From the human T2T-CHM13v2.0 reference genome, Homo sapiens, in assembly GCF_009914755.1 (NCBI RefSeq), contig NC_060929.1: a DNA stretch of 64,000 bases, one strand, 5' to 3'. The translations under genes were made by a program, and so were the position numbers. Numbering within the stretch: position 1 is the first letter of the stretch; each line of letters starts with the position of its first letter. Of this stretch, positions 1 to 16,553 are shown piece after piece. Under the pieces are notes generated by a model that was not told where the DNA came from, did no database searches, and saw only the letters and a program-made list of their open reading frames with translations.

Positions 1-671
1 TGGGAGTAACAGGTTTATCTACTTCATTATCCTATTACCACACACTCTTAAAGGATTTCTCAGACAGTTTACAAGAAATAACAAAATCTATCCTTACTCT
101 ATAATCCCAAATAGATTCTTTGGCAGCAGTGACTCTCCAAAACCACTGAGACCTAGACCTCCTTACTGCTGAGAAAGGAGGATTTTGCACCTTCTTAGGG
201 GAAGAGTGTTGCTTTTACACTACAGTCAGGGATAGTAAGAGATGCCACCTGGTGTTTACAGGAAAAGGCTTCTGAAATCAGGCAATGCCTTTCAAACTCT
301 TATACCAACTACTGGAGTCAGGCGACATGGCTTCCCCCCTTTCTAGGTCCTGTGACAGCCATCTTGCTATTACTCATCTTCAGGCCCTGTGTTTTTAGAC
401 TCCTTGTCAAATTTGTTTCTTCCAGGATTGATGCCATCAAGCTACAGATGGTCTTACAAATGGAACACCAAATGAGCTCTACTAACAATTTCTACTGTGG
501 ACCACTGGACTGACCCACTGACCCTTTGGCTGGCCTAGAGAGATCTGCTCTGTAGGACACTACCACTGCCACTGCAGGGCCCCTTCTTTGCCTCTATCCA
601 ACAGGAAGTAGCTAGAGTGGTCATCACCCAATTCCCAACAGCAGTTAGGGTGTCCTGTTTAGAGGGGGGAT
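1..671 (+). mobile_element. HERV9-class (ERV1) internal sequence: degenerate env TM region, 3' UTR and polypurine tract
   Basis: Frame 3 reads GVTGLSTSLSYYHTLLKDFSDSLQEITKSILTL*SQIDSLAAVTLQNH*DLDLLTAEKGGFCTFLGEECCFYT, containing the immunosuppressive domain and CX6CC motif, with stops at 102 and 147. IKLQMVLQME tail near 435-465. PPT AGAGGGGGGA at 661-670. Confidence 0.9.
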
Positions 672-1143
672 TGAGCGATGAAGCCAGCCGGACTTCCTGG
701 GTTGAGTGGGGTCTTGGAGAACTTTTCTGTCATACAAGAGGTTTGTAAAACACACCAATCAGTGTTCTGTGGCTAGCTAGAGGTTTGTAAAGTGCTCCAA
801 TCAGTGCTCTGTAAAAACGCACCAATCAGCGCTCTGTGGCTAGCTAGAGGTTTGTAAAATAGACCAATCAGCACTCTGTAAAATGGACCAATCAGCAGGA
901 TGTGGGCAGGGACAAATGAGGGAATAAAAGCTGGCCACCCCAGCCAGCAGTGGTAAGCCACTCGGGTCCCCTTCCACGCTGTGGAAGCTTTGTTCTTTTG
1001 CTCTTCACAATAAATCTTGCTGCTGTTCTCTCTTTGGGTCTGTGCCATCTTTAAGAGCTGTAACACTCACTGCGAAGGTCCACGGTGCATTCTTGAAGTC
1101 AGTGAGACCGCAAACCCACCAGAAGGAACAAACTCCAGACACA
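672..1143 (+). mobile_element. LTR12-family 3' LTR (LTR12F-like) of the ERV9 provirus
   Basis: Starts TG right after the PPT (TGAGCGATGAAGCCAGCCGGACTTCCTGGG) and ends AACTCCAGACACA. Tandem CCAATCAG repeats; AATAAA at 1009. Confidence 0.85.
755..930 (+). promoter_or_regulatory. LTR12 U3 promoter: five CCAAT (NF-Y) boxes and a TATA-like AATAAAAG
   Basis: CCAAT at 755, 797, 822, 864 and 888; AATAAAAG at ~923. Matches the known LTR12 promoter layout; activity is not shown by sequence. Confidence 0.55.
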
Positions 1144-1445
1144 CTGTCATAGGTAAAGTCCCACAAAATGCTTGCATTGTTGCTTTGTCTACCAAACACC
1201 TAGAATAAGGAAGATAATAACAGAACCTAGCAGAGCTCCTGGCTATCTGGGAAGTATGCTTTATAAGGGTAAGAACTGTGCCTATGTTGTTTAAAGTAAC
1301 AGAGATATCATGGTTGTTTATTACTGCAGCATAACCTTGTCTACACTGACTAGTGAAACATTTGGCTACAGAGCCTTTGAAGCACTTGCCATGTTTAAAA
1401 TATTTCCTCCCTCGAACTTAGTGACTCAGAGCCCATGTCTTACTT

Positions 1446-1875
1446 TGTTAGTTGATGTGCTTCCAGAGAAACAGACAGATAGATAGATATGTCTATCAAT
1501 CTGTGTATTTATCCATCTGAGAGAAATTTATCTTAAGAAACAGGCTTGCACAATTGTGGATGTTGGCAAGACAAAAATCTAAAGAGTAGATGGGCAGAGT
1601 GAGGAATCAGGGAAGAGTTGCAATTTAAATTCAAAAAATATCTTCTGACAGAATTTCTTCTTCTTCCAGAGAGGTCAGTACTTTTCTATTAAGGCTTTCA
1701 ATTAATTAGTTGAGGCCCATCCACATTCTGGAAAGTAATCTGCTTTATTCAAGATCTATTGGTTTAAATGTTAATTTCATCCAAAAACGCCTTCTCAGGA
1801 ACATATAGAAAATGTTTGACCAAATATCTGGGTACCATTGCCTAGCCAAGCTGACACACAAAATTAACTGTCACA
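1446..1875 (-). mobile_element. MLT2 LTR (3' LTR of an ERVL provirus)
   Basis: Minus strand begins TGTGACAGTTAATTTT..TGTCAGCTTGGCTAGG. Typical MLT2 body (AGGCCCATCCACATT, AATCTGCTTTA, CCAGAGAAACAGA). Confidence 0.85.
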
Positions 1876-4615
<2,740 letters not shown>

Positions 4616-6240
4616 ACATATTTATCTTCCTTCTTTTGTGAGCAACGACTGGTTTCTCTTATTAAGTACCATAGCAGATGTTTGTAAAAAATTTGTAATG
4701 GGACACAACAACTTTTATTATCAAATGCAAACTTTGTCGTTTTGTGTTTTAGCCTATACCTAACTCTCTGACCATTTTCAATGTGTTTCTTTCTTCTTGA
4801 ATTCTGTGATTTACCTTCTGTGTAATTTTCTCTGCCCTGGACAATCTCTTTCATTATTGAGTGGGTTATGTAGGCTTACTCAATAAATTTAAAAGTCACT
4901 AGCCCTAAACTTCCAAAATAAAACTCTTACTCTCTCATTAGTTTGGGCCATTTTTTGTCCCTCCATAATGCTTACTTTATTTATTTCTATAAATCACATA
5001 GTACTGTATTATTTTAACAATCATCACAGTTTTTGAGATTTTTCATTAGATTTTAAATCTCTTAGGACAGAAGCCACAAAATCATTGTCTTTTCATTCCC
5101 AGACTTGAGGCAACACCTAGGTATTTTGCAATGTTTAATATCTGGCACATGTTGAATACATTAAAAATTACATAAATAAAAACTACAACAAAAACATAAG
5201 AAATAAATGAAAGTAAAATGAAATAGAAAATGAAAAGGACAAGATGGTAAAGATCAGAAAAATATTATTAGAAAAGTTGGCTTTTTAGGCATGCATATGA
5301 GTAAGTTGGATTGGGGTATGAAGAGATGGTGAGAAAGGACCTTGCTTGTTTTCATCTAGAAATTTCAATTAGGTACACATGGAGAATTTATAGAATTATA
5401 ATATTTCCAACACAAGCAAGCACTACATATTATTTTTCTTGTAAAGTAAAAAACTCATCAATACAGATAAATCAGTGAAATTAATATATTTAGAACTCAG
5501 TTCATACAGACAAAGTGAGACTGTAATTAGCTCTCTAAGTAAATCTGTAGGTCATCGGTAAAATTGACACAGAAAAAGGGGGAAAGGTGGAAAGGAGTTA
5601 GAAATGCATGAATGGTTAGACAAATATGTTCTGTGAGGTGTACTTGGAATCAATCACTATTAATATTGTTCAGTCAGGTGGGCAATTGTTTAACTAGACT
5701 GCTTTTCTGAACTTACCGCTTGCTTTAGCCAATTTTTGCTATGTCTTTATTGATTGCCAATGAAATTGTCATTTTGACTAATGCATTTATTTAAGGGTAT
5801 CAAGCAATGATGATCTTGTCCCTTTGTCTTGTAGAAAAGTGATGCCCCTCTGGATTTCAGAGAGAAGATATACAGAATAAAGGTATATTTAAAAAAATAT
5901 GATATGTGCAGAATAAGCAAGAAGAAGGAAGAGAAAAAAGGAAATGAAAATTTAAAAAAACCTGACATGGCATAAAATATTTAATTGTTTGTTCCTATTT
6001 AAGATGTATCTATTGTCCTCTGGGTTTGATAATTATGTGATACTCATATCATTTCCTTAAATTTTATTTTCTTAGGAAACTTATGCAAGGTTCTACTTGG
6101 ATGACAAGAAAGGGAGAAAGGATGGCTAAAATGCAAATTATGTAGTTGGATCACTCTTGATTCACTTTCTGGAGGCTTTGTGCCTCCCGTGGTGTTCTTC
6201 ACCACTATAACACAGTGATCACCTCACAAGGCACTCTTGA

Positions 6241-7051
<811 letters not shown>

Positions 7052-7172
7052 TGACAACTGTATGACAGTGAAAACAACTTTAGTCTCATTTTGTCCATGA
7101 CATGGTAGGTCTTTGAGTAGCTTACTCTTATCATGCCATTTGCAGTAGACTGATTTACCACACTGTTGCATG

Positions 7173-9472
7173 TGATATGGTTTGGCTGTGTTCCCACCCA
7201 AATCTCATATTTAATTGTAGCTCCCATAATCCCCATGTGTCATAGAAGAGACCCGATTGGAGGGAATTAAATCATGGGAGTGGGCTTTTCCCATGCTGTT
7301 CCCCTGACAGTCAATAAGTCTCACATGAGCTGATGGTTTTACAAAGATCAGTTCCCCTGCACATGCTCTATTGCCTGCTGCCATGTAAGATGTGCCTTTG
7401 CTAGACTTTTGCCTTCTGCCATGATTGTGAAGCCTCCTTAGCCATGTGGAACTGTGAATTCATTAAACCTCTTTCTCCTTATAAATTACCCAGTCTCAGG
7501 TATTTTTTCATAGCAGTATGTAAATGGACTAATACTGTAAGTTGGTACTGGGAGTGGGGCACTGCAATTAAGATACACAAAAATGTAGAAGCAACTTTGG
7601 AACTGGATAACAGTCAGAGGTTGAAACAATTTGGAGGACTCAGAAGAAAACAGGAATATGTGGGAAAGTCTGGAGCTTCCTAGAGACTTGTTGAAAGTTT
7701 TTTATCAAAAAGTGCAGGCTGAGGTGGCCTCAGATAGAGATGAGGAACTTATGGGACCTGGAGCAAAGGTATTCTTGCTATGCTTTAGCAAAGAGACTGC
7801 AGGCATTTTGCCCCTGCCCTAGAGATCTTTGGAATTTTAAACTTGATATAGATGATTTAGGGTATCTGGCAGAAGGAATTTCTAAGCAGCAAAGCACTCA
7901 AGAGATGACTTGTGTGCTCTTAAAAGCATTCAGTTTTATTCATTCATAAAGATATGTTTTGGAATTGGGACTTATGCTTAAAAGTAAAGCAGAGCATAAA
8001 AGTTTGGAAAATTTGTAATAGAAAAGAAAAACCCATTTTCTGAGGAGCAATTTAAGCTGGCTACAGAAATTTGCATAAGGAACAAGGAGCCAAATGTTAA
8101 TCACCAGGACAACTGGGAAAATGTCTCCAGGGCATGCCAGAGGTCTTAATGGCAGCCCCTATTATCACAAGCCAGGAGGTTTAGGAGGAAAAAATGGTTT
8201 CATGGGCCAGGCCTAAGGCCTTGCTGCCCTTTGTAGTTTTGGGACTTGGTGCCCTGCATCCCAGCCATGGATAAAAGGTATAAATGAAAGCTCAGGGCTG
8301 TGGCTTCAAAGGGTGCAAGCCCCACGCCTTGGTGGTTTACAAATGGTGTTGAGCCTGTGGGTGCACAGAAGCCAAGAATTGAGGTTTGAGAACCTCTGCC
8401 TAGATTTCAGAGGATGAATGGGAATGTCTGGATGTCCAGGCAGAGGTTGTGCTGCAGGAAGTGAGCCCTTATGGAGAACCTCTGCTACAGCAGTGTGAAA
8501 GCAAAATGTGGAGTGGGAACCCCCATGCAGAATCTTTACTGGGACACTGTCTGAAGTCTTGAGAAGAGGACCATCATCCTCCAGACCCCAAAATGTTAGA
8601 TCCACCAAAAACTTGCACTAGGTACCTGAAGAAGCCACAGATACTGAATGCCAGCCCATGACAGCAGCCAGAGGGGGGCTGTACCCTGCAAAGCCACAGG
8701 GGTGGAGCTGTCCAAGGCCATGGGAACCCACCTTTTGCATCAGTATGACCAGGATGTGAGACATGTAGTCAAAGGAGATCATTTTGGAGCTTTAAGATTT
8801 GACTGCCCCACTGGATTTTGGACTTGGACTTGCATGGAGCCTGTAGCCCATGTTTTGGTCAATTTCTCCCATTTGGAATGGGTATATTTACCCAATGCCT
8901 GTACCCCCATTTTATCTAGGAAGTAACTAACTTGCTTTTGATTTTACAAGATCATAGGCAGAAGGGACTTGCCTTGTCTCAGATGAGACTTTGAACTGTG
9001 GACTTTTGAGTTAATGCTGAAATGAATTGTGACTTTGGGGGACTGTAGGTAAGGCATGATTGGTTTTGAAATGTAGGGACATGAGATTTGTGGGGGGCAG
9101 GTGTGAGATGATATGGTTTGGCTGTGTTCCTACCAAGATCTCATCTTGCATTGTAGCTGCCATAATTCCCAGGTGTTGTGGGACAGATCTTGTGGGAGGC
9201 AGTTTAATCATGGGGGCAGGTTTTTCCCGTGCTGTTCTCATGATAGTCAAAAAGTCTCACAAGATCTGATGGTTTTATAAAGGGCAGTTCCCTTGCACAT
9301 GCTCTCTTGCTTGCCACTGTGTAAAATGTGCCTTTGCTCCTCCTTCACCTTCTGCCATGATTGTGAGGCCTCCTCAGCCATGTGGAACTTTGAGTCCATT
9401 AAACGTCTTTTTCTTTATAAATTACCCAGTCTAGGGTATTTCTTCATAGCAGTATGATAATGGACTAATACA
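7173..9472 (+). mobile_element. Full-length THE1 (THE1C-like) MaLR element: 5' LTR 7173-7536, internal 7537-9108, 3' LTR 9109-9472
   Basis: Both LTRs begin TGATATGGTTTGGCTGTG and end GGACTAATAC(A); ~1.6-kb THE1 internal region. 5-bp TSD GCATG/CCATG. Confidence 0.93.
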
Positions 9473-9886
9473 CCATGTGTTATTATTCTGCAGTTCTTCC
9501 ACAAAAAGGTTGATCATTTTTTCCTGTCCTTTTTGTTTTTTGGTGGGAGAGAGTGCTTGGCCATGTGGCATTTTTTTGGCCAATGAAATATAAGGGAGAA
9601 ATGATACCGAGCCTGTTTCAAGCTTCAGCCTTCTTTTCCTCCTGTCTTCTGGACATCACTGTAAATAGAACATGCCAAGGTCTAATGGCTCAGGGAGGAT
9701 GGCCCAAGGAGGATGAGACACATCCTCCATGGGGATCTACAACATTGAATAGCTGTCCCTAGATACCACAGTCAAAGCAGAATTGCCCTAGTCACCCACC
9801 TGTTTATGAGAATATGTGAGTGTTGGTTATGGAGTTGTGAAAGGATTTGTTATATAGCAATATGGCTTCATTAATTGACTAATGCA
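9473..9886 (+). mobile_element. Old MLT1 LTR interrupted by the THE1 (5' piece probably at ~7141-7172)
   Basis: CTTGGCCATGTGGCATTTTTTTGGCCAATGAAAT core and an MLT1-type 3' end (TTTGTTATATAGCAATA..TGACTAATGCA). Confidence 0.6.
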
Positions 9887-10329
9887 CCCCTCTTATGTGC
9901 TCCTGTATTTCCTTCATTTAACAATTTGCACTATATTTAAATTGCAAACTTAATTAATCATCCATCATCTTCTTGACAGCAATTTCAGAGAAATTAGAGG
10001 TTTATATCTGTCTCAATTCCCAATATGTCTGCTGTGCCTTTCATGGAGCTAGGCATAAAATAAATGTTCATTACATATTTGTTTAATTTAACTTTTACCA
10101 GATTGTAAGATTTTTATGGACAAGTATTTTGTTTTATTTACTTCTCATTTACTTTCAATCTGCAACCACAACACCTATATCACCTATTAAATAATATATT
10201 GTATATACACATATATGTGTGTGTATATATATACCCACATATACATATGTATTATATCTAAATAAACAACATATGTGAATAGGTGTATAGATAAATGTGT
10301 AGTGTAAGTTTAAGGTAAATCGGTTATAA

Positions 10330-10940
10330 TAAACATGGCCAGATTAACAGGAAGAGTAGAAAGTGAGAAACTGAATACACAAATAATGACTAGACCGCAT
10401 ACAAAAACGGACATGTGAAACATAGTCTGCAACAACCTGCCCAGGAAATCAGCCTATTATTTACATAACCAGCTCAGGAAAGCCAAATTGCTGTAAGTGG
10501 GTGGTAGTAGGAAGTCAGTCTGCCATCCCTATGACAGTCCATGAAGCCAAACATTAACTCCTATAACAAGTGGCCTAAAATGACTAGGGCTTGATCTATA
10601 ACTGACAGCTTTTCTAATTTTTGTCCCTGATTCAAACTTAGGACCAACCAAAGAAAGCCAAATATGAAACCTTAATCAATCATATAACATGACCGCTTCT
10701 AGTTAGACTACCTACTGTTTCCCATGCTAACAGCCACTGATCAGGGCACACCTGAAGCCTTCCCTTTTGTCCACTGTAAAACTTCCCCACTCCTCTACCT
10801 TCTCTGAAATCTCTGCTAAAATGCAAATAACAGTGGCTGACTCCCTTGCTATTGCAAGCTTTGAATAAACAGTCTTTACTTTTTCTAATTAGCTTGGACT
10901 TCATTTATTTCCAATGAGCTATCTGATTTTGTAGTCAACA
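10330..10940 (+). mobile_element. ERV1 solo LTR (MER34/MER39-like)
   Basis: CAACAACCTGCCCAGGAAA, TTAGGACCAACCAAAGAAAGCCAAATATG, poly(A) signal GAATAAAC at ~10863, ends GTCAACA. Confidence 0.6.
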
Positions 10941-12802
10941 TTTTTGTCTGGTCACCTAGTTTTGACCTGCTGGATACAAAACAGGGCTCTAAGCTAAAAT
11001 CGCTTATAACAGAGAGAAAGGGCATGTAGAATGTGTAGGTCTGGGAGGACAAAGGCTGATAGATTTTTAGCTGTGTATATTTCACAGTTAAGGAACGCAT
11101 GAAATATTTAAAAGGGAGAAAGATCTTGTATGGATTATGAAAAAGTCATACGAAACATATTGTAAAATATTGCTACTGATAATTTATATGAAAATATTTT
11201 ATTTGAATAATACTTCTTATTGAGTTAAGATTGGAATACTGGAATTTTGAATTATACTGAAAAATACACGGTCTGTGAAAGTGACAGGAATGAGAAGAGT
11301 TTAGCTCCACACAAGGGCAGCATAACACTTGTAGAACACCATGCTGAAAGTGAATATGTGTATTTCGTTTGATATGTATATGTAATCCTTCTTGAAGAGG
11401 GTCATTTACCTAAGCAAATATTGAAAAGGTTTTATTTTAGCAATAACTACCCCCGACAATGATGTGTTCAACTCCCATCTTTCCACTGGAAAAGCTTGCT
11501 TCCTTAACAATATCCCAGTTTACTTTCAGAACTTTTAGTCACTCTTTATTAAGCAGTCACTTTTATTATTTAGAATTTTATGAAACCTCAGTCTCATATT
11601 CATTTTGAACCTCTTATCTTCACCTGCTGAGTCTAGACCAATAATATCTGAGTCTTGGAGTGGAGCGGTCATGTGGTCTGCTCTTTAGCAGCAACTTTCC
11701 TCCCCGCCTCTGCCCTGTTCTTGACCCTCAGGAAGAGTCCTGGGACAGGGAAAAGACAGACTCCTCCCTGACTATATAAGCTGATAGCTCCCCACCTTTT
11801 TGGGTGTCACTAGTAATATAAAAAATAAAAATAAAAATAAAAATCAACTGATGCCAAAACGTTTAAAATGTAATATAAAATTAATAACTTTTATAGGATA
11901 AAACATATGTTTTAAAATCCATCACTTAGGTAAATAAATGTATGCACTTAATTAGATTTCCTGTCAGAAAAATCAAAAGCAGTATTTTAATATCATACAG
12001 TTTTACATATTTTTTCTGATTAACTAAAGAATAATCTGTTAATTTTAATGTGTTAACCTATGCAATTGAGAAATGAATCCCAAGCTAGCAGATAAAAAAC
12101 TAATAACCAAATAATTTATCTTTAATTTTAGTTACTACTATAGTGCAAACATTTGTTGGAGAATCAAATGATCTTATCAATCAATTTGACTATACCTTCT
12201 CATCCTTCACTCTTTTTTCTACCCAAATTTTAAAAATTAAAATAAAACACTGGAAGCATAGACACATTAGAATCACTTACAAAATAAAACTCAGTGAGGA
12301 AATCAGTTCACTTCTTTACCTCCATGAATACAAATATGCAAAACATGCACTTATATAAATGTTAGATGATTTTTATTTCCAGAGTTTCTAAATTAAAAAT
12401 AAGTTGTTAATAACTATACATAGCATTTTCCCTAAGTATGTTAAAGTAAGTCAATAAAAATACTTTAATCTTTAAATTATTAGGTTCAATTATTTAGATG
12501 AAGGTATAAAATGTACTTTCCACAAACATGATGTTGGCCAGAATCACAACAATCAGAGCCAATTAATATACTTTTTTATTAGCTGAGAAGTTATGGAAGG
12601 CAGCCATTCTCCATGGAGACCGAGAGATTTGCACTTTGCTTGTTGTCATTGTGTCAAGAGCATAAACACAAGGACTGGGATCCAACAGCAGCACGTGGAG
12701 AAGATACCTTCTTGTGAAGAATTAAAGGTTGGGTGAAGTGTAAAATTTGTATAATTGATAAAACCTTGGACTAGACATACATAGGTGTAAGATAAATGGA
12801 AT

Positions 12803-12853
12803 TTCTTTTTTCCTCTCTCTTTCTTTCTCTCTTTCTTTCTTTCTCTGTTTCTT

Positions 12854-12919
<66 letters not shown>

Positions 12920-12941
12920 TCCTTCTTTCTTTCTTTCTTTC
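12803..12941. repeat. (TTTC)n / CT-rich microsatellite
   Basis: Direct observation; source of the KERK and FFLS pseudo-ORFs. Confidence 0.95.
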
Positions 12942-13027
12942 ATCTGTGATTCCAAGTTTAAATCGAGGAACGCAAGTAAAATTTCTATTTTCAGCACCAG
13001 GGAGAGTTCCTCGCTCCCAACAGACAA

Positions 13028-13127
13028 TTTTTTTTTTTTTTTTTTTTAATACTTTAAGTTCTGGGATACATGTGCAGAACGTGCAGGTTTGTTGCATAGG
13101 TATACATGCATCATGGTGGTTTGCTGC
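13028..13127 (-). mobile_element. L1PA 3'-terminal fragment (~100 bp)
   Basis: Poly-T then ATACTTTAAGTTCTGGGATACATGTGCAGAACGTGCAGGTTTGTT..GGTGGTTTGCTGC, the reverse complement of a primate L1 3' end. Confidence 0.9.
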
Positions 13128-14379
13128 TTATTTGTTTGTTTAGGCCATAGGAGAAAGTCAGGAAGTCTCTAAATTTTTGTCAGTGACTGAAAGTGAAGAA
13201 TGCAGAGAAAAACACCTGAGTGAAAAAGGTTTTTAGTTTAAAAAATAGTCTGCATTGTGCTTTTATTATAGTTAAAAATAACCTATATTATTAACTGAAT
13301 TAATATAAACTTAACTCACGACATAGAATGGAATTTTTTATAGCTTTGATTTTATGATTAAAATATAGTATTTGGACTGGAATAATCGTTTGCCTAGGTT
13401 GTTGATTAAAATTCTGTCATCCAAAAGCTGGCTTTAGAAAGACATCACAGATAGATATAGTGCCATTAATTATGCTTTAGTTGAGTAATTATTGGCCACT
13501 GTGGAATACTCATTTCAAATCACCACGAAGGCTTTCTTGGAATAGAAGAAAACATGAATCTGGACTAATTTTTTATATTTTTACTTAATTTACAATGTAA
13601 AATATTTTGCACTACTAGACATTTGAACTAATGGCTAGTATCTGCTTCTCTTTTCTTTTTAATATTATAATCAAATACATGTGAGAGAAGATTAAGAAAC
13701 TAAAGAAACAGTAATTAGTAAGTTGATAGGTTAGCAAGTCTCCCACAGTATAATTACTGCAACTAGTTAATGAAGACATACTTACAGTTCCAAAAATGAA
13801 TTTGTATTTCATACATTTTCTTTTAAGATTTATTCTTCTTTTACTACTCCTTCTATTTCTCCTCTTATCTCTCTCTAACCTCCTTTCTCCCACCCTCTCC
13901 TCCTCACTTTACTTTTCCTCTTTCACCTCCTCTAATTTCTTTTATAAACTATATTAGAATGTAAGCCCTATATAGAACAGAATCCCTATAATAGATTATA
14001 ACATAAAGCCAAAAGTGAAAGTGTTTGATAATGACTCTTCTCCAAAAGTATACATACAAAGATGTATTGATATGAGAATATTCTGTGCTGACTATTCTTG
14101 TTTGATTATAGTCAATCTCCTTTCTCACCTAAAGTCTTTTCTGTACTCTACTATCTGCCTAAAATGTTCTACCATCCCCTTCTTACTTTTATATGATAAT
14201 TTCATCTGTCTTTCAGTTCAGCATAATGCCTTCTAGAAAGACTTGCCTAGCTTCTTAACCTCATCAGATAGGAAGTCCTCTTTTATGATCCAATAACTTT
14301 CTGGAATTATTTTCAGCATTATATTTAACTCACTTTTAAATAACTATTTGTTTATACATCTTTTCCCACAAAAGTATAG

Positions 14380-14755
<376 letters not shown>

Positions 14756-14883
14756 TGAGGTTCAAAACACATGTGAATTTTAAAAATGAACTAAAAAATT
14801 ACTTTATGTAACATAATTAATATGTATTTAATTAATTTTGTTATTTGCTTAAGGGACCATATTCTATGTAATTAATTATTCTA

Positions 14884-15162
14884 TTTTGAGAGAAAATCTT
14901 GGTCTTTCAATCAGGCTGGAGTGCAGTATCAGGAACATAGTTCACTGCAGTATAGAAATCCTGGGCTTAAGCAATCCTCCCCCCTTAGCCTCCAAAGTAG
15001 CTGGGACTACAGATGCCCAGCTCACCTTAATTTAAAAATTATTTTAGAGATGGGATCTTGGTATGCTGCCCTGATTGGTCTCAAGCTCTTGGCCTCAAAG
15101 AATTCTCCCACTTCAGCCTCTCAAAGTGTTGGGATTATAGGCATGAACAACCACATGCAGCC
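14884..15162 (-). mobile_element. Degenerate AluJ
   Basis: CAGGCTGGAGTGCAGT..CCTGGGCTTAAGCAATCCTCC..CAAAGTGTTGGGATTATAGGCATGAA. Confidence 0.85.
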
Positions 15163-15729
15163 TAGATATTGTTTGTTTGTTTGTTTTTAAAAAAGCAAGA
15201 AATAATTCCTTGCTCCAAGTTTTCAGAAAGAAAACACATATATTTTTAGAATATAAATTGATATTATATTTCATAAATATGTAGCTTGATTTACTGGCAT
15301 GTGAAAGATATGAACTGGTGCTTTTGAAAATTAGCCATTGACCAGCTCTTGAAATTACATGTAGATAAAGGTTCTAACTCAGTGCCTGTCATATAGTTGC
15401 TTAATAAATAATGAATGCATTATTGAATGGACAAACTTTCTCTTAAATCCTTTCTCTCTTGGTGATGAACATCTCTTTGTTCTACATTTTATCTTGATTT
15501 TTTCAAAAGATTTTCTTCATTGTCTTCTATTAACCAATGAATGTGGGCCATCTTGGGCCCACTACTGCGATGGAACAATAAAACAGAGGCTGGGTTCTTG
15601 AAAACTTCCAAGTTACAGAGATACTATAGTTGGTTCTTTCCCATGGGAGATAAATAAAATTCTATTTGCTTCTGCTGTGTTTGAGTTACAGAACATAGAT
15701 CCTATTTAAAATACTACTATTAATTAACA

Positions 15730-16150
15730 TACCCTCACTAGCAGTATACAAGAGTTTCTATACTGTAGCAATAGCTATTTTAGATGTTCTAAATTTTTAC
15801 CAGTATGATGGTGTGAAAAAGAATTTTATTCTCTTGATTAAAGTAGAAATTTGCCTATGTTTTTCCTATGGGTTTTCTAATATATTCTGACATCTATAGG
15901 CATTGCATTTGTATTATAAAGCAATGTCCCCTCAGTCTCTACTTGTTCTGCTTTATGATGTTACTTGGTGAACAGAAAGTTTTTACATTAATGTTGTTAA
16001 AGTTTTCCTTCGTAATTTTTCACTTTATATTAGGTTTGAGAATTATTTTTCTAACCAGATATTATGAAGATATTCTTCAATATTTTTCAGTAAGACTTTT
16101 AGAAGTCTCTCTTTCACATTTAGACCTTTACTCCACCAGGAATTAATGTT
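15730..16150 (-). mobile_element. Ancient L1M fragment
   Basis: CCCTCACTAGCAGTATACAAGAGTT, TGAACAGAAAGTTTTTACATTAATG and TTTCACATTTAGA resemble the reverse complement of L1M ORF2/3' region. Confidence 0.5.
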
Positions 16151-16154
16151 TTTG

Positions 16155-16553
16155 TGTGGATAAACAAAAATTATAGGAGGCTATTGTGTTGGGCTGAGCT
16201 CCTGCACTAGGCCCCAACAGACCAGGCCAAACCAAAGTTTAAGGAAACAGGGAGGTTCCCAAACAGATCAGTTATTCCAGAAATCAGGAGATTCTGGTCT
16301 ACCTGAGTCATTGTAATAAGGAAGTCCTTTGTGCTTTAACCATTACAAAAAAAGTAACCTCATGTCAACCAATGAGTTCTTTTTCTTTCCATTGTTCTGT
16401 TTCCATGTTTCCTTCTTTCAAAAGGTTCTGCCATTGCCGAGTGGGAGCTCTCATTCTATTTTGTAGGATCGAAGCTACCATAATTCCTGAATGACAAATA
16501 AAAGCCAATTAATTAGATCTTTAACTAAATTTGTTATAATTTTGTCTTTTGAC
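16155..16553 (+). mobile_element. ERV1 solo LTR (LTR26-like)
   Basis: GAGCTCCTGCACTAGGCCCCAACAGACCAG; ends AATAAAAGCCAATT..TAAATTTGTTATAATTTTGTCTTTTGACA. Confidence 0.7.

Noticed and set aside
1-520. Possible syncytin-like env gene
   Set aside because: In-frame stops at 102 and 147 (the latter inside the immunosuppressive domain) and a frameshift after CCFYT.
740-900. Regularly spaced short repeats resembling a CRISPR-like array
   Set aside because: Normal LTR12 U3 tandem repeats; no unique spacers, no cas genes, eukaryotic context.
12722-13143. KERK-repeat and FFLS-repeat ORFs
   Set aside because: Translations of the (TTTC)n tract and an L1 tail.
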